A stretch of DNA of 64,000 bases, taken from NCBI GenBank assembly GCA_020054495.1, contig JAHWGK010000009.1, positions 5,314-69,313 on the forward strand, read 5' to 3'. Positions 61,400 through 64,000 of the stretch are shown here, one piece after another. The notes under the pieces are model-generated. The model saw only the letters and a list, made by a program, of their open reading frames with translations. It was not told the DNA's origin and searched no databases. Both the position numbers and the translations under genes were made by a program. The DNA is from Thermoplasmata archaeon (GTDB lineage Archaea > Thermoplasmatota > E2 > DHVEG-1). Positions within the stretch are counted from its first letter, which is position 1. Every line of letters starts with the position of its first letter.

Positions 61400-62577
61400 A
61401 ATATACGCGAGACCCTGAACTGATAAGAAAGGTTTTAGGAAAAAAAGTACAATTTATACTAGGAGATATGGCCTGTGTATATGGTGGTATACTTGCAGGT
61501 TGTTCTTTCTTTGGAGGGTATCCTATAACCCCTGCATCAGAAGTTGCTGAGGGAATGGCACGTATGCTTCCGAGAGTAAAAGGAACATATATGCAGATGG
61601 AAGATGAAATAGGAAGTATCGCCGCAGTAATAGGGGCTGCATGGGGTGGAGCAAAATCTATGACTGCCACATCTGGACCTGGTTTCTCACTTATGATGGA
61701 AAACTATGGCTATGCTGTTATGACTGAAACACCATGCGTCATCGTCAATGTTCAACGTACTGGTCCATCTACAGGGCAGCCGACACTCGGAGCACAGGGA
61801 GACATGATGCAAGCCAAATGGGGGACACATGGCGATTTTGAAGCTATAGCTTTCGCACCAAGTACCGTTCAGGAATGTATAGATTTCACATTAGAGGCAT
61901 TCAATCTCGCAGAGAAATATCGAACTCCTGTCTGTGTTATGGCCGACGGTGAAATAGGTCATCTCAGGGAACGAGTAATCATACCTGATGAAAAAGATTT
62001 AAAACTCATTGAGAGAGCCCCTGCAACAATAGATAAGAAAAAATTCATACCATTTACTAATTCTCAAACACGAAAGAGCAAGGTTCCCGATTTTCCAACT
62101 TTTGGAACGGGTTACCGTACATATGTTACTGGCCTTACTCATAACGAGAAAGGCTTTCCGGCTACAGATAAACAAAAGGATCATGAAAAACTTGTCAAAA
62201 GGATTACTTCAAAAATTTCTGATGATGCTGATAAACTTGTTATGGTTGAAGAGATAAACTTAGATGATGCCGAAATAGCATTTGTTACATATGGCGCTAC
62301 TGCACGGCCAGCAGAATCTGCAATGGAAATGGGACGGAAAAAAGGAATCAAAATAGGCCTACTTCGTCTTAAACTTGCATGGCCTTTCCCAGAGAAAGTA
62401 ATACATAAACTAGCAAAAGAGGTAGACAAAATAATTGTGCCGGAAATGAATCTTGGGCAGATAGTTCATCCCGTTCGAGAGTATGTTAACGGAGAATGTG
62501 AAGTTGTTTCTGCGCCAAAAATCGGTGGAGAAATGCATCTACCTAATGAACTTTTTAAATATCTGGAGGGGAAATAA
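61396..62577 (+). CDS. korA: 2-oxoglutarate:ferredoxin oxidoreductase alpha subunit
   Basis: GGYPITPASEVAE...EDEIGS...SGPGFSLM. The DABG gene order and adjacency to sucCD/sdh suggest 2-oxoglutarate specificity. Confidence 0.7.
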   Translation: MKYTRDPELIRKVLGKKVQFILGDMACVYGGILAGCSFFGGYPITPASEVAEGMARMLPRVKGTYMQMEDEIGSIAAVIGAAWGGAKSMTATSGPGFSLMMENYGYAVMTETPCVIVNVQRTGPSTGQPTLGAQGDMMQAKWGTHGDFEAIAFAPSTVQECIDFTLEAFNLAEKYRTPVCVMADGEIGHLRERVIIPDEKDLKLIERAPATIDKKKFIPFTNSQTRKSKVPDFPTFGTGYRTYVTGLTHNEKGFPATDKQKDHEKLVKRITSKISDDADKLVMVEEINLDDAEIAFVTYGATARPAESAMEMGRKKGIKIGLLRLKLAWPFPEKVIHKLAKEVDKIIVPEMNLGQIVHPVREYVNGECEVVSAPKIGGEMHLPNELFKYLEGK

Positions 62578-62578
62578 A

Positions 62579-63454
62579 ATGGTGGAGATTAAAACCGCTG
62601 AAGAACTTAACAAAAAATATCTCCGAGAGGGCATGTGGCCAACGATATTTTGTAATGGATGTGGCATTGGCGTAGTACTTGAATACACTCTTTGGGCAAT
62701 AGAAGAACTTGGATGGGATATGGACAAAGTTGTGTTTGCCTCAGGAATTGGTTGTTCTTCACGCCTTCCAGGATATATAAATGCTGATGGACTGCATACT
62801 ACACATGGACGAGCAATTGCATTTGCCACAGGCATTAAAGCAGCTAATCCTGATTTAAATGTTGTAATTTTTACTGGTGATGGTGATTGCTCAGGGATAG
62901 GTGGCAATCATTTCATCCATGCGGCTCGACGTAATATTGATTTAACAGTTATTATGGTTAATAATTTCGTTTATGGAATGACTGGTGGACAATCTTCGCC
63001 CACCGCTCCAATAGGAAGTGTTGCAACAACTGCTCCGTATGGAAACATAGAGCATCCGTTTGACATTTGTGGCATTGCAAAAGCACTTGGTGCAAACTAT
63101 GTAGCACGATGGCCTGTTTCTCATCCATATCAGCCCATTAAATCTGTAAAAGAAGGTCTTCAAAAAAAAGGTTTTTCATTGTTGGAATTTCTTGCTCCAT
63201 GTCCAACTGCTTATGGGAGACGTAATAAACTAGGAGACATCAAAAAACTATGGAAATGGTATGATGACAATACAATCCTTATTGAAGACTACGAGAAAAC
63301 AATGAACTACGGGAACGAAAAAGAGAAAGAAGAAATTAAAAATAAGATACAAATCGGTGTGTTTCAAGATATTGAAAAATCTGGGTTTTTTGAGGAATAT
63401 GAAAAACTGATGATGATGCTTCAAGAGAAAAAAACCACGGGGGAAAAGAAATGA
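62579..63454 (+). CDS. korB: 2-oxoglutarate:ferredoxin oxidoreductase beta subunit (start set at ATG 62579 after GGAGGGG)
   Basis: FCNGCGIG..., GDGDCSGIGGNHFIHAARRN (TPP motif). Confidence 0.7.
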   Translation: MVEIKTAEELNKKYLREGMWPTIFCNGCGIGVVLEYTLWAIEELGWDMDKVVFASGIGCSSRLPGYINADGLHTTHGRAIAFATGIKAANPDLNVVIFTGDGDCSGIGGNHFIHAARRNIDLTVIMVNNFVYGMTGGQSSPTAPIGSVATTAPYGNIEHPFDICGIAKALGANYVARWPVSHPYQPIKSVKEGLQKKGFSLLEFLAPCPTAYGRRNKLGDIKKLWKWYDDNTILIEDYEKTMNYGNEKEKEEIKNKIQIGVFQDIEKSGFFEEYEKLMMMLQEKKTTGEKK

Positions 63455-63993
63455 AAAAAGAGATACGGATTTGTGGCTTCGGCGGTCAAGGAGTTATTCT
63501 TGCTGGGTTTATCATTGGAAAAGCTGCTTCTGTCTTTATGGATTATAATGCTGTGCAGAGCCAGTCGTATGGCCCTGAGGCTCGAGGTGGGGCAGCAAGG
63601 TCTGAGATAATCATATCTGATGAGAAGATAGGTTATCCAAGGCCAACTGGTGTAGATTTTTTCGTGGCTATGTCTCAGGAATCATTTGATACATACCGTG
63701 GCGATGTCACTGATGACACAGTAATTGTTGTAGATCCTGATCTTGTTAAAAAACATGATATTGGTAAATCTGTCTATAAGGTCCAAGCTCAGAAAATAGC
63801 TGAAGGACTTGGTAATAAAATTGTTACCAATATTGTTATGGTTGGGGCAGCTACTGCAATTTTTGCTTTATTAGAATATGATGCTGTAAAACAATCTGTG
63901 CTTGATAGTGTTCCAAGTCGGTTTAAAGCGCTTAATGAAAAAGCTTTTGAAAAAGGATTTGAGGCGGGCAAGAATGCCGTCAAAGGATTATAG
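63451..63993 (+). CDS. korG: 2-oxoglutarate:ferredoxin oxidoreductase gamma subunit
   Basis: IRICGFGGQGVILAG...YGPEARGGAARSEI. Confidence 0.7.
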   Translation: MKKEIRICGFGGQGVILAGFIIGKAASVFMDYNAVQSQSYGPEARGGAARSEIIISDEKIGYPRPTGVDFFVAMSQESFDTYRGDVTDDTVIVVDPDLVKKHDIGKSVYKVQAQKIAEGLGNKIVTNIVMVGAATAIFALLEYDAVKQSVLDSVPSRFKALNEKAFEKGFEAGKNAVKGL

Positions 63994-64000
63994 TCAAAAA

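Noticed and set aside
1-64000. Search for CRISPR arrays, tRNA/rRNA genes and GC-rich structured RNA islands in intergenic regions
   Set aside because: I noticed no regularly spaced direct repeats and no GC-rich cloverleaf-sized islands by eye. All intergenic gaps are short and AT-rich, consistent with promoters and terminators. A covariance-model scan would be needed for certainty.

Overview
Visibly AT-rich archaeal chromosomal segment. I found no rRNA, tRNA, CRISPR array, transposase or integrase. It splits into three parts.

(1) 1-11.3 kb is a euryarchaeal-type archaellum locus on the minus strand. Transcription order is arlB, then an opposite-strand PAS gene, then arlC, arlD/E, arlF, two arlG-like genes, arlH, two arlI genes and arlJ, which runs off the window. 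A divergent archaellin-like gene lies beside arlB.

(2) 11.3-32.5 kb is an accessory cell-surface block, almost entirely on the minus strand. It encodes:
- a 976-aa PAS/coiled-coil protein;
- a PRC-barrel/coiled-coil protein;
- a Sec11/SipW-type signal peptidase fused to a large polytopic membrane domain;
- a 3,798-aa multidomain surface protein (DUF2341, LamG, rhodanese-like, thioredoxin-like, propeptide plus S8 subtilase, FN3-like repeat modules);
- an unlisted 57-aa AbrB-like ORF;
- a membrane spermidine-synthase-like protein;
- two paralogous ~230-aa secreted proteins flanking a winged-helix regulator.

The giant protein and both paralogs share the motif TQYxTT[KR]xxYSF directly after their signal-anchor helix. 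I read this as a dedicated peptidase/substrate (TasA-SipW-like) surface-fibre or adhesin system. This is the best candidate for a novel system in the window.

(3) 32.7-64 kb is housekeeping and anaerobic energy metabolism:
- a Na+/solute symporter with an Ntn-hydrolase/PQQ-propeller exoprotein;
- CBS-domain proteins, an Hjc-like resolvase and a universal stress protein (Usp);
- CoaBC plus pantoate kinase;
- an LEA-2 protein;
- split MgtE-like transporter genes with PhoU/TrkA-C regulators;
- a porGDAB-type 2-oxoacid:ferredoxin oxidoreductase;
- homoserine dehydrogenase, aldehyde:ferredoxin oxidoreductase and an aminotransferase;
- sucCD, a soluble SdhAB/Frd-like pair and korDABG.

The lineage cannot be fixed from this window. 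ArlCDE, pantoate kinase, AOR and the 4-subunit oxidoreductases fit an anaerobic heterotrophic euryarchaeote-like organism. All calls come from reading the supplied translations and DNA by eye; no searches were run.
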